Assembly: GCA_030141605.1 (NCBI GenBank)
Contig: JAQGDQ010000616.1
Coordinates: 63,411-127,410 of the forward strand
Length of the DNA: 64,000 bases
Direction: 5' to 3'
From: Tubiluchus corallicola
Taxonomy: Eukaryota; Animalia; Priapulida
Below the pieces are notes generated by a model. The model was not told the origin of the DNA, ran no database searches, and was given only the letters and a program-made list of their open reading frames with translations. Shown one piece after another: positions 24,941 through 64,000 of the stretch (position 1 is the first letter of the stretch; each line of letters opens with the position of its first letter). A program made the translations under genes and the position numbers.

Positions 24941-25827
24941 TGCATCATTGAAAAAGAGTGGAATGACAAGAAAATTTCACCAATAGCTGGCTATAAATGA
25001 ACACGTTTTGGTTGCTATGCAACCGCTTCTCCTGGCTAAGTTATTACATTTATATGGCATAAAATCATATAAATTGCAACACGAAACTGACAACAAAAGA
25101 ATGAATGGCGTATGTATGATTATTTAGACACAATTAGCTTCGAATTTTTGGTGTTTCATTATTTTCATATAGCTTAATACTTTGTGCTGTGCAAGTAAGT
25201 ATGTTGAGTATTTAAAAGTAACATAAATGTTCAAAAAACATTTATAAATTTAAAGCTATATAAAAAGCAGTTATGTCGTAATTAGGTAATATAAGAAATC
25301 AGTGATATGTTTTAACTTTTAAGCTAATGTTCGTGTAGACCTCATCTTCATAACCAGCTTTACTAGATGGCAAAAGTTTTGATAAGTTTGACAGTTGTTT
25401 ACATTTTGGAAGCACATGTAGCGCACACAAAACTTTGATATGTATTAAACAGAGAAGCACTTTAAGATGGATGCTCATATTTAAAAAGCTATTGGCAACA
25501 TCACATCGCAGAAAATTTCAATAGACAAAATCTTCAATGCGACAAAATAAAACAACTTGACATAAAAAATCTAAACTTATACAATACGCTAAATAATAAG
25601 TCATGCAATATGTTACTGACTAAAGTAGAAATGTTGTCCAAAAATATTATGCTTTTATTTTGTACTTAAGTAGAAGTTATGCATTATGAATTGTTTGCAG
25701 GTCGGTTGGACTCTCACATAACTGTACATAAGAAATGTGAATTTTCATAGCTCTTTCTCCGTGTACTTTGAATTGTGATTGTGGATTGTGATTTATGTTG
25801 TTTTTGTTCAAACAATAATACTGTATT

Positions 25828-27495
25828 TTATACGGGAAGATCTTCTAGCCTGACGGGGCGGCATGCCCTCTGTAAATTCTGCACATTCAGTTCCTCTGGT
25901 GCTTGATTATGTGTACAATAAGCAGGCAAGCTCGTCCGTCGATCCAAGGAACTTGCATCCTCTGATGCCAGAAGTGGCATCACTTTTGAACTCGGACGGA
26001 GTTGAGCAATACTCTTTGTCCTCCTGGTCACCCAGTCGGTCATTGTCTCCTCCTTTGGCCTCCGCTGTATCATCTGCACGATCACCGAGCGTAGTATCCG
26101 CGGAATCTCGGGAATGGGAGGATCCCGGACAAGAAGCGCCCGAAACATGGTTATGACCTGCCCGCTCTCATGCGGGGAAACTTTTGAGCAAAGATCTTTT
26201 AGTTCAAGTCGTTCCACTGGCTGCATCTCATAAGACTTTGGCAGTGTGGTGATCAGCCAAGAATAATCCACTGTTTGTGCTCTTCGCCTGAATTATGAAA
26301 ATAAAAAACATTTACGTTTCTGAACTGAATCTGTCACAGCAAGGAAGTGAATGCACTTCATTGAAGTTTTGACCTCTAACCTTTGTCCTTTTGTGTCCAT
26401 ATTTTCAGGTAACCTTGACCTCTGACCTTTGTGTTTTATCTCAATGTTTATGTCACCAGAACCCTCATTCTTTCACCTTGACATCATATAGGTAGACAGA
26501 AAAAAATTACCAATTAATCTCTCGTTTTTCTCCTCAGAAGTGCAAATAGACTGTCGAATGTTGCTTTGGAATAACAGAATTAGGAGCAACCATTTTTCGT
26601 ATGAAAAGAATAAATAAAAAGCAGGGCATTGATCTTAAAACTTCACTTTTCCATATTTATGTAAGAAAGTATTATAAATAGCGAATAGCAACACTTTAAA
26701 TTTGTAACAACCATTTTCTAAGTTCGATCATAGACAGACGACCCTTAAACTATGATTTTATATTACCATGTTATTTTGGAAAGACATCGTCATGTTTAGC
26801 AACATTAGCATCAGCTATTTGCTACACAATTGCTCTAGATTGATGGATGGATGGATGGATGGATGGATGGATGGATGGATGGACAAACAAATGCGGTGAC
26901 TGTAACACCTTTTGGCTTTTTATGCAGCAATGATGCCAGCGATTAACCGAATAGTTACTGTGAGCAATTACTAGCGACCAAAGTTAAGCACCACCGAGTC
27001 TGGTTAGCAAATGGATGGGTGACCATCAAGATGAAAACTAGTTCTGGTGTTTCCATCTACTGTACTACTCATGGCTGTATATCTCATCGAGGGAAGGTGC
27101 AGATACATGCGTGTATAGATCACACTCCTTTGCTGACTCATCTCATCTCATCATTGTCTCATCTCAGAGATAATTCTAAGTTACAGTCCTGCCACAACCT
27201 TTAAATATTAAGTAGTCTACCACTGAGTAATGTTTCTAAAAATATTTTTATCGAGCAAACAACTAAGATAAACTAATGACTGTTAAATTTTCTTGGAATG
27301 AGTACGTGGGTTTCAAAACCAGTACATGCCAGCCGCCCACCTTTCCTCTATTTCCTTTTCTCTTTGTCTTTCTTCTGCTTCCTTTATCTGAGCATCCAGT
27401 TCCATGAGGAGTGACTCCGCAATGACGACACTCTCGGGTTTCTCCGGTGGCCGGGCATCCCCATATACGGCAGACTTGAACCACGAGAGTGACAT
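25828..27495 (-). CDS. RD3: RD3-like protein (retinal degeneration 3 family), 2 coding exons, 204 aa
   Basis: Exons 27495-27341 and 26287-25828 (AG|gtgggc...ttcag|G, phase 2). MSLSWF...ESLLMELDAQIKEAEERQRE...RRAQTVDYSWL...YEMQPVERLELKDLCSKVSP...FRALL...ILRSVI matches RD3 family motifs. Confidence 0.9.
26842..26882. repeat. (GATG)n microsatellite
   Basis: gatggatggatg run. Confidence 0.9.
26976..27027 (+). mobile_element. 5S rRNA-related segment, probably part of a SINE
   Basis: aagttaagcaccaccgagtctggttagcaaatggatgggtgacc resembles the 5S internal control region (GCTAAGCA...CTGGTTAGTACTTGGATGGGAGACC); not a full 5S gene. Confidence 0.5.
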
Positions 27496-28250
27496 CTCTG
27501 TAACTGCAAAAAAAATGATAGAATGAAAGTACTTTTGGTGAAAACGGAAAATGGAAACAGCAAGATTTGAACTCATCTATAATATTTGTTTGGGTATTAA
27601 TTTGCTTTTGTCTATTGTCTTGTTTGTTTGTTTTTGTGTGTTTGTTTTTTGTTTGTTTGCTTGTTTGTTGTTTATTTGCTTGCCTGCTTGTTTGCTTGCT
27701 TGCTTATTTGTTTGGTTGCTTGTTAATTAATAAGTACTTTACAATTATGTACGGATTTACTCATGATTGCCTCAGTAGAGAACTTTACTTTTAGCAACGA
27801 GAAAAAAAATCGTGTTTAGCAAAATCTGCTTTTTTACTGCATCAAACACAGGGCCTAATAATGTTGCTAACACACCACATACAGTTTACTTACTGGTATG
27901 CTAACGTGAACTAACCGACACTGAGTTCTGGGAACTTCTGACCAGTAGAACGGGCATCAAAATGAATTACGTAAATAAATAACATACAATAGTCATTCTT
28001 TGTCAACTGTGATAAGATCCAACTCGCAAATATGACGCTGTTTACATTATTGTAGACTGTACAAAACTCACTTAAGAAAATTTAATGGCTCTTAGATGCC
28101 TTGTAACTTGTAATGAAGTAACATGTCTTAAATATTCACAGCCGTCTAGCACGATGCAAAACGTCAGGCTCTCGTTCACGGGTTGCTGAACAGTAATTGC
28201 AAAAGATTTTTCTGGGTAGATTCACCTGTTTCAGCTGCTCTCCGGATGCG

Positions 28251-28264
28251 GTTACCATGGAAAC
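28251..28264. promoter_or_regulatory. RFX X-box
   Basis: GTTACCATGGAAAC fits the consensus GTTNCCATGGNAAC, ~760 bp upstream of the RD3-like ATG. Confidence 0.65.
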
Positions 28265-28769
28265 GGATTCCATGCGAGCTGCCTAATGATTAGATGTTTA
28301 TCGACGCGTAGTGGTTTTACCAAGGGTTTCATCTGAAGACAGTCATCACGCGCGACAGCTAACCTTAATTAATTCACGAAATCAATAAAGAAATATTTAA
28401 TTTTATGTTTCATATGACTGACAGGTTATATAATTGCAGACTTGGCGTCTGTTAAATATGGGCATATGCAAAGTTAGGTGCTTATTAACTGTAACGCAAA
28501 TACTAAAAACTAGTTGAAAATTTTAATTGTCCTCCATGTAAAAATAAGATTGTACTGATTGTATACCTGTGGTTTCAGGCAACCTTGTGGATTTTAATGA
28601 CGTAGGCCCTATAAACTGCAGAGTTATAGTTAAGTGGGGTTTACCTAGCGTACCCGGAATGCGTAAACATTACGCACCTGCGGAATAACTGCAGGATAAA
28701 AAATCAATAGGAAATAGCTGCAGAAAAAAAATAACGCAGATCTAATAAACGGGTATATTGAAAATAATA

Positions 28770-28852
28770 CAGTGGACTCTCGTTATAAGAATCACCTCGG
28801 GAGAAGGCAAAGTGATTCTTATACGTGTGATTCTTGTAACGAGAGTCCACTG
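28770..28852. mobile_element. 83-bp Tc1/mariner (pogo/Tigger-type) MITE
   Basis: Perfect 16-bp TIR cagtggactctcgtta...taacgagagtccactg flanked by TA on both sides. Confidence 0.85.
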
Positions 28853-29950
28853 TATAAACCGATTTTATCTATTTCGCACCCCGAAAACGCATACGCATGT
28901 CGCATGCTAGGTACTAAACTTCTACTAAAACGCTACTAAACTTCCCAGAATATTAACTAAACTTAACTTACCAGTACTGGTAAAGTCATAAAGTACATAA
29001 CACTATTAACAAGCAGTGTAAAAATGATATTAAACTACCAGTTAAAATAACTACAGTCTACAAAAACGATGTTTTTATGGTCGCTTAGTTACTTTTGATT
29101 ACACTACAAGTAACTCAATCACACGTCATGACAAAAACGTAATAGATCTACAGACTACGGTGTGTTTAGAAACTTAAAATTTTAATGCAGCAAATGAAAT
29201 CCCGAATTCGTAAACTACAGTAAAGCCAATCAAACTCATGGGCCAAATAATTCAAAATGCAACAAAATATTCCAGAACCCCATATTGTTGAAGCCATTTT
29301 TGGTACAGGTGTTATGAGTATCACTTGCAGCTGTTAGTTTACAAATAAACTATAATATACTATATAAATCTTACACACTAAAGAAATATATTAAAAAGTC
29401 AAGCATTGTATGAACTCTTGTCTTTGAAGTTTGTTATACATCTTACGATAATAAATATAATAATTAGCTAGGTGGCCTAATTAATACTGAAAATATTACG
29501 TCGGTTATCATGGTACATCGAACTAAAATAAATACGAAAATTACATTTTCCATAAGACCTAGAATAGACCTAACTTTTCATAGCGCAAAAAACCTGCAAA
29601 TAATCAAATTTATTATTTTTTTACTATTATTCGTCTTATAGGTAATATTTGCACAACTTACTCGGTTATTTTGGTATTAATAAATCTGACATGGCCCCAC
29701 TGCGAGTTCACAACAAGGTGTGCTTGGTGTCAGCAAGCCATCACATTCTAAACAATCTGTTAATATGCTTCACACAATCTGCTAGAAACCCCATCGTGAC
29801 ACGGACACGTTCCCGGCAACTTGAGTCTGCTGCAACGGGTTTCTTTGTTAGCCACGCCTTTGAATAGTACAACGCACACGATTGGATGCCTGAATGGCAA
29901 GCTAGTCAAATCAGAATAACGGGTACTCATGAGCCATCACAATAAACAAT

Positions 29951-32900
29951 ATGGCCGGGGGACAGCATGATGAAACTGTAACTGTTCAAAAACAAATTCA
30001 GCAAGATTGGGCTAATAGAGAATACATTGAAGTGATAACTGGGAGCATTAAGAAGATCGCCGATTTTTTGAACTCCTTTGGTTAGTTTTTAGTTCATGGA
30101 ATTGTCTCCCAAGTAACGCAATAGTTTTAAAGAACATATCATAGTTAAGTGAAATTAAAAAGTGTAATGGGAGCGGCGCGCTCACCGTATAAGGTTTTTA
30201 ATACTTCGGTTATGTTTTTCCATGAGAAGTATTTGATTGGAGCATCTTCACAAAACTGGGCTAGTATTATTGTACGAAATTATACTATTACTATTTAGCA
30301 TTATGATAATACTTTGGCATGAAGGACGCTATTAGTATAATGCTAGCCCAGTTTTGTGCTGTACCAGACTATACGAGACTCCTGCTTCTTGTTCGTCACA
30401 CTAGTTAGTTATAACGTTATCAATGTGTGGTTGTATACCCTTAAAATAACAGTATATTATCAAGTCATGCGACAATGAAAATACTAGTGATGGTGCTGCA
30501 GCATGGATTTTAAATTACTGTGTATACGGTATTTGTATTCATTTCCGGTACACCATCTGGCAGTGTGCCAAATGACCTAATTTACATACTCTGCTAAGTG
30601 ACTGTTTTCACAGTATTACACATCTGCTTGTTGGTTGAAATTCACCGTTTAGATTCCTTAGTAAAATACTGCTAGCTTGATATTTTGCAGGTAGTTTACC
30701 AGTCAGATACTCAAATAGTTGCTAAAACGAATCCTGCTGCAAGCCTGTAACAACAAAATTTTATTTATAGCTTAGCTAAAATAAGCCTAGCTTGGTGGTT
30801 GACTTTGGTAACTTTTAGTTTTTCGCCACCCTTTCACCAATCACTTGAATATCATTAACTCAGATAATTTATTCATTTAATAATCTCGTCACTTTGTATT
30901 ATATTATCGTTTCATGCTTTGTGTTTTTCTTGTAAAAAAGGTGATAAATAAAGATACTTACTTACTTACTAAAGTTCAATAATTTCCTTTAGCCCAACAT
31001 GCGCTGACCGTACAAACCATATAAAATATTTTTGAAGCACACAGCAATCAAAACCTATTGAGACTAAATAAAAAAAGTTCCTGTTGTGTTTTGTTTCTCT
31101 CGGAAAGCTCGTAGAGAAAACCAGAAAACACTTCATCAAATTAAACTAGTTTATTAAGCGAGAATTCTACAACACAAAAGTATGAAGGAACATGAAATGA
31201 TTACACTAAACGTGAAAATCTGGAAAACGTTTGAGTGTATCTGAAAATGTAAGTATACAAGAGAATGTGTAAGTGGCATCCGTGTGCTCCCCTCTCAGCG
31301 GCCTGCTTCGCCTTATATAGAGCGCCCAAGTTGCTTCCAGAAGTTTTGTTCCAGAACATTCCACACGGTAAGATGATCATTCCAACGGAACATTCTACAA
31401 TGTTCCATGTAATTCTAATAGACGCCAGCGATCTCCACAACAGTTCCTTTGTATACATTGTCATCATCTTTTATATGCATTTCAGTCCTCTTGGGGATAT
31501 GTCAAAGAACGATAATATGGAATAGTGGAACGTTGAAAACCATTAAAAAGATAATCAAAGAGGATTTATAAAATTACCTGCTCTGCATCCATACTTATGG
31601 ATCTGTTTTTGCTTTTTCGTTAGATATGTCTTGCCGTGCCAGATTAGCAACTTTGAATGAAAAGCTCACCGACCTTGAAAGAAGAATTGAATATCTAGAA
31701 GCACGGGTAAAATATTTAAGCAATTTCATCTTGTATTTTGCTAAAACTTGTACGAAACCTGATGGCTTGGAGAAACATCGTAATTTCTGCCCAGCTAGCT
31801 GTAGAACCTGCACAGCAGCTTCTGATGCGAAAGGATTTCAGCTGAAGAACTTTTTATTTTAACTCCTTCAGGACCGCACGATTCAAAATAGGTTGTATAA
31901 GACCTATGTCTTTTCTGCTACTGTATGAGCACAGACATAGCTAAATGATTATAGATTAGGTCAGGGGTGTGCAAATTTTGGCTGGCCGAGAGAATTTGTG
32001 CAGCCCGCGAAGAGATTTGTCAACCTAATGAAAGTGCGGCCTGGGCGATTAATTGAGTGTATCCAGCTGAAGTCCGTGCCACGATACCAAAGATAGTGTG
32101 GTTAGTTTTTTCTACTAGATCGGATGCCATTAACCCTTACAAGATGGTTGTAACTTAATGTCACTGTACTACACAGACTGTGTGACACACATTACTAATA
32201 TGCATTGTAATGAAATTACCACTATCTGTCCTGAAAGTAGAAATATATGGTTTGTAATATAAATTTTAATAACTTCTAAAATAGTTTCTTGAGTGTAGTA
32301 GTAATGATGTACGCAGGTCGGATGCAAAAAATCGTTATTAGGCCTTTCTGTACTTGGCTCCTTCATCAAACTGCCTGTGGCCCGCAGGAATTGCGGGAAA
32401 GTTTAATGTGGCCCAGCTAGTCAGATAATTTGCACTCCCCTGGATTATATACTGTTAGGAATCACAGCTATCCAATCATATTATTTGTTTAAACATTTAT
32501 AGGTCATTTCATTACATTAAATTAAGAAAAACACGCACTTTTCAGTTACTCCAACTTAGCCTATTGAGTAGTTTTGTCTGGTGTACGCTTGCGTGAATGT
32601 ACACACTATTTTATTGATCGCCTGCTTGCTACAGCCCAAGCTGTGCAGTGTTCTGCTGATATTCCAGGAAAAACCAACCGATCGGCCAATGAGAAATTAG
32701 GGTTGTTTCTTCTTTTAACAGGAATTTAACAGGTGCGACAATTTACCAAGTGTTCAAATTGTCTTGGCTAAATTTAAAAATTCGTAGAGCTGGGAAGTTT
32801 ATTTGTTATTGATTTTATTTAATATTTTATTATCTAATTAAGTGCACAAAGCAATTAAATCATATGATATCGATCATGACACCTTAATTAATTTTGCTCC

Positions 32901-33425
32901 ATTATCATTTTCAGACGTCTGCGTCCTACATTGTCTATTTCATGAACATTAATTGTTTTAAATGCATAATAGGTATTACCTGCTATTTTTTTGTATTACA
33001 AATGAATAATTGGTATTAATTGCCGTTTTTTGTATTATAAGTCTTTACTTAAAAATTTAAGGTACCCTTTTATTTTCATACAGCAATAATTGTATACCAC
33101 TCAGATTGGAAACAGGACGGTTGTTTTACTTGAATTAGGTACAGCGCACGAGAACCGCCCCGGACACTTATTTTAATGGCATCAGGGATTCAGGGTCTGA
33201 CTAGATCGTGTTGTCCTCGCCACCTGTTGTTAAAATCATTAACTAGTGGCATAATGGATCTGATATTGAAACTGGTCATAGAACGTGTCATATGTGGCTA
33301 ATGGTGCATTTTGCCAACTCATTTGTTTTTTAAGGAAATAATATAATGTACAGTTTTTTGTGTTTGCGTAGTTCAAAATTATTTTGTATATATCTTAGGT
33401 GACTAAAGGTGAAACGTTAACTTGA
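29951..33425 (+). CDS. BRK1: BRICK1/HSPC300, WAVE regulatory complex subunit, 3 exons, 79 aa
   Basis: Exons 29951-30080, 31624-31706, 33399-33425: [79 protein letters not shown]. Confidence 0.96.
30249..30358. mobile_element. Small foldback element/MITE in BRK1 intron 1
   Basis: Arms cacaaaactgggctagtattat and ataatgctagcccagttttgtg are 21/22 complementary. Confidence 0.6.
31962..32442. mobile_element. hAT (Charlie-like) non-autonomous element in BRK1 intron 2
   Basis: TIRs caggggtgtgcaaatt...aatttgcactcccctg, subterminal g(t/c)ggccc motifs, flanks gattaggt/gattatat. Confidence 0.75.
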
Positions 33426-33538
33426 TCCTGAATGAAGAAACATGGTGTGTGTCAACATGAGTCCACTTTTCTACATGTAGTTCAGTTTTGCTATTTATTT
33501 TCTGTTCAAAGTGTGACATCAGTTAACTAAAACAAATA

Positions 33539-33615
33539 CAGTCAACCCTCATTAAACTGGACTAATGGGAGGGGTGGGTGGTCCGGTTTAGCCGATTGTC
33601 CGATTTATCCGATAT
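33539..33615 (+). mobile_element. Truncated Tigger/pogo-like terminus
   Basis: ta|cagtcaaccctcattaaactggac... with gtccggttta/gtccgattta subterminal motifs; no partner end found. Confidence 0.45.
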
Positions 33616-35530
33616 GCCTATATATGGTCATATATATTCATATATTCTATATATGCCAGAAATTAATTTTTGTTTTAGTCATTTAGTATGGTAAATGAAG
33701 AATCATTGAAATACAATTAGATACTTTAAAACTATTGCAGTTTTCTGTTAACACATTATGATTTGCATAGACTAAGCTGTTATAGTTAAACTCTTATATA
33801 TTAACTAGTACCTTAAACTGTATATTGAATTTGACAGTCATTTGCTAATGGATAATATTATGATAATAAGTAAGCGGTCGTAATCTTTAAGTTTTGAATG
33901 GAGTGACTAAAACTACACAGAGTTTGTAAACTGTCAATTGCTAATGAATACTATAATAAGTAAGCAGCTATAATTTTTAAGTTTCTTATGTAGTTGCTTG
34001 AATTGTACATATAAATTTGCATACAGCTAATTGCTGTATTTGCTAACAACGAATGACATTATTTGTTGTTGACTAACTGTGAAGTAAACAATAACTGAAA
34101 TATTAAAAAAGGTAAACAACTATTTTCATAATAATTTCTACATATTTAATAAGGTCTGAAAACCTTATTGTTAAATTTTCATAGACTGTTTTTTATAAAC
34201 GTTTATTTGCCTTTAATTGCTTTTGGCAAGCAGCAAATAAATGCTGATCAAATTGCCTCGGGTTGCAAAATTAACAGGAAAAAAATCTATCACAATTCCA
34301 TTTGTTAATTAAGGTAATTAAAATGGTTAGATAAATCAATATATTGCTGTACCAAGTCAAATATGATGATGATGTTGTGTTCGTAACTTAGTAGAGAACT
34401 ACCAGAAAGAAAAACTGACATTTTTAATTGTGGGTCAAGGTTATTTATATTAAAAGGTAATATGTTTGTTTGTTTGTTTGTTTGTTTATTATTTCCCTTA
34501 TTACTGTGAATGAAGTTGACTAGGACTATTAGTACTTTCTTCAAATTAAGGTTAGCCAGCTGGTCGCTGTGGTGCAAAATCATTGATTTTTTCTGTATTT
34601 CAAGTTATACAGATATATTATTACTAGTCATCAAATCTTGATTTATAAAAAATGCTACTGAAATATTAAACTGAAGTGTTTGTATAAACAGTTTATTATA
34701 ATTAATTTCATATTCATTGTAATTTTATAATAATTTCATGATGAAACTGATACAGTTACATTCCTGGGAATTACATTTTACGACTCATAAAAAAGAGTTA
34801 GCATTATTATGCATTTACGCTATAAAAACATATTTATAAGGCACTTGTTTCAGCATATAGCAATATTGTATATACATTGTAGAGTTTACAATAATAATAT
34901 GTTTTTATCAAGTATGAAATATTTTGTTTTATTTGTGAATCGCAGAATTTATATATGATTTGTGTAGAGCAACATCCAGAGTGCATGCGTTACCGTGGAG
35001 ATGTCTACTAACTTGTTACAAACTTTGTGTAAAAAAACATGCGCACAGAAGTAAAATATCAAAAATCAAAAGTTCGCATCCTTTACGCAGTTCCATGTAG
35101 AAGCAGTTCCGTGTAGAAGCATTCTCAATTATGGGCTTAATATTTGCAATTGGCCTGTACTAGCTTCGCAGAAAGTTTTCAAGTTTAGCAGCTTATAATG
35201 TTCTTCCTTCCTTGCAAATAGGTGACACCGCATGCATAATGTACTAAATTGACGCATCATTCAAGTAAATCATAAATTTGCATTTGACTCATGTTGCAGT
35301 GTTGACTCATGTTGGCTATTAATGACAGTCATGTTGTTAGACTAAAATACCATATTAACTTGTAAGTAATAAACGCAGTACAAATTTCTCACTAATTTTT
35401 GCAGTTGTTCACGACTAGATTCATTGAATTAAAGCACGTTTGTGGAAATTATAATGGTTGGTGTCACGAAAAACACTGAAGAGATCCCTCGGATGAACAA
35501 TCGTGTTTGTTTATATAAAAAATTTCAGCA

Positions 35531-62791
<27,261 letters not shown>

Positions 62792-62989
62792 CTGGTAAAA
62801 TAATTACAATCATGAAAAACATCGACAGTTAATATCAACTATAGGCACTGGTGATACTAGAATGAAGTCTTTAACATTCCATTTCAATTGCAGTAACTTG
62901 ACTAAACTTGTACAGTAGACTAAGCAGACGAACATTGTATCGCGCACTTTGACCAACATCGTGGCTCAATTATATTATGTTCCACACAA

Positions 62990-63300
62990 GCTCACCCAAC
63001 AGAAATTAACCCCATCAGCCAAAGTTGTTCAACTGTCAAGGCATTATAGAAGCAAAGTCAAGCAGGAAGATGGCTTCCTTAAAGTACGAAAACCAATCAG
63101 GCTCCTTTGCAGGAATAAGAGAAGAATAAAAGCTGATTATAGCCTATTTTGGAAAGAAATCTATAACGAATACAAACCTGATAGACAAAACAAACAGCGG
63201 ACATACCGAACCTTCCAAAGACACTAACAACTAGAAAATTATTTGATTTCTGCTGATTCCAAATACGTTATAACAAAACTGAGAAGCAGCTCAGTTTTAA
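62990..63300 (+). mobile_element. Degenerate LINE ORF2 fragment
   Basis: FWKEIYNE...NKQRTYRTFQRH*QLENYLI...ITKLRSSS resembles the post-RT motif W...I...KLRTY..FK...E.YL...KLR.S of non-LTR elements. Confidence 0.55.
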
Positions 63301-64000
63301 TTCCTTGTAAATCATTACTTCCCATCAGGAATAAAAATTTATCAGCAATAAAATGATTTCTGTTTAAAAGAAAACAGAATGATTTTTGATGACCTACACC
63401 ATTTTGAAGTATGGTTTAAAACCAATAATACTCCAATAATAATAAACCAATAATAAAAGAATTTTCCTAGGCTCCAAGCAGGCACACAAATTAAACTTAC
63501 AATCCTTGGATCATAAAAGAAGAGTCTAGCCAATAAGCAAACGAAACTGACTAACAGAAATAAGACAATTATTAGTACTTATTATGGCTGTCATAGCAGA
63601 AATGGTTCATTCAATTGAAGAAAAAACAAATGCCCAATTCTCCAATTATTACACAAATGTAATAAATAACATCCCCCCTCCCCGATTACAACACCGAAAA
63701 GAAAATTTCACCCTGACTCTCTTTACATTAGAGTCGTTAATATCAGTGCACAGTAACCCTTTTTCAAATTAAAGTTTTCAGGAAAAAAACACATTCCTGA
63801 ATTCTGCTAACCAAAATGAAGCTTCTAAAGTAAAACAATGGGAAAAAGATTGGCTAACTTAACCATTGCCTTTGACAAACTTTCGGGTGAATCAGTTCAC
63901 AGCATAACAACTTCAGTCTTGTGTCTATTTTCCAATCAATACAACTTATTTAACTTTTGCGCAAATCATTAATAAAATCAACAAAACAAAATAACTCCAA

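Overview
AT-rich, intron-containing genomic DNA from an invertebrate animal; the taxon cannot be fixed from the sequence alone. I built the gene models by hand from GT/GC-AG splice sites and phase continuity. In order: one exon of a 10-formyl-THF dehydrogenase (ALDH1L, -); a 4-exon EFCAB10-like gene (+, 3817-23157) whose ~15.2 kb first intron contains three intact genes with single-exon CDSs (NIP7 -, MXRA7-like +, PRUNE +); TMEM187 (+), starting only ~270 bp after the EFCAB10 stop; a 2-exon RD3-like gene (-) with a near-perfect RFX X-box upstream; a 3-exon BRK1 (+); and the last 20 exons (~1350 codons) of a large uncharacterised protein (-) with many FN3-like repeats and a C-terminal thioredoxin-like domain. 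Introns hold hAT and Tc1-mariner MITEs, LINE 3' fragments, tRNA- and 5S-derived SINE pieces, and many minisatellites. Two minisatellites tandemly copy real splice junctions. Gene names come from recalled family motifs, not database searches.
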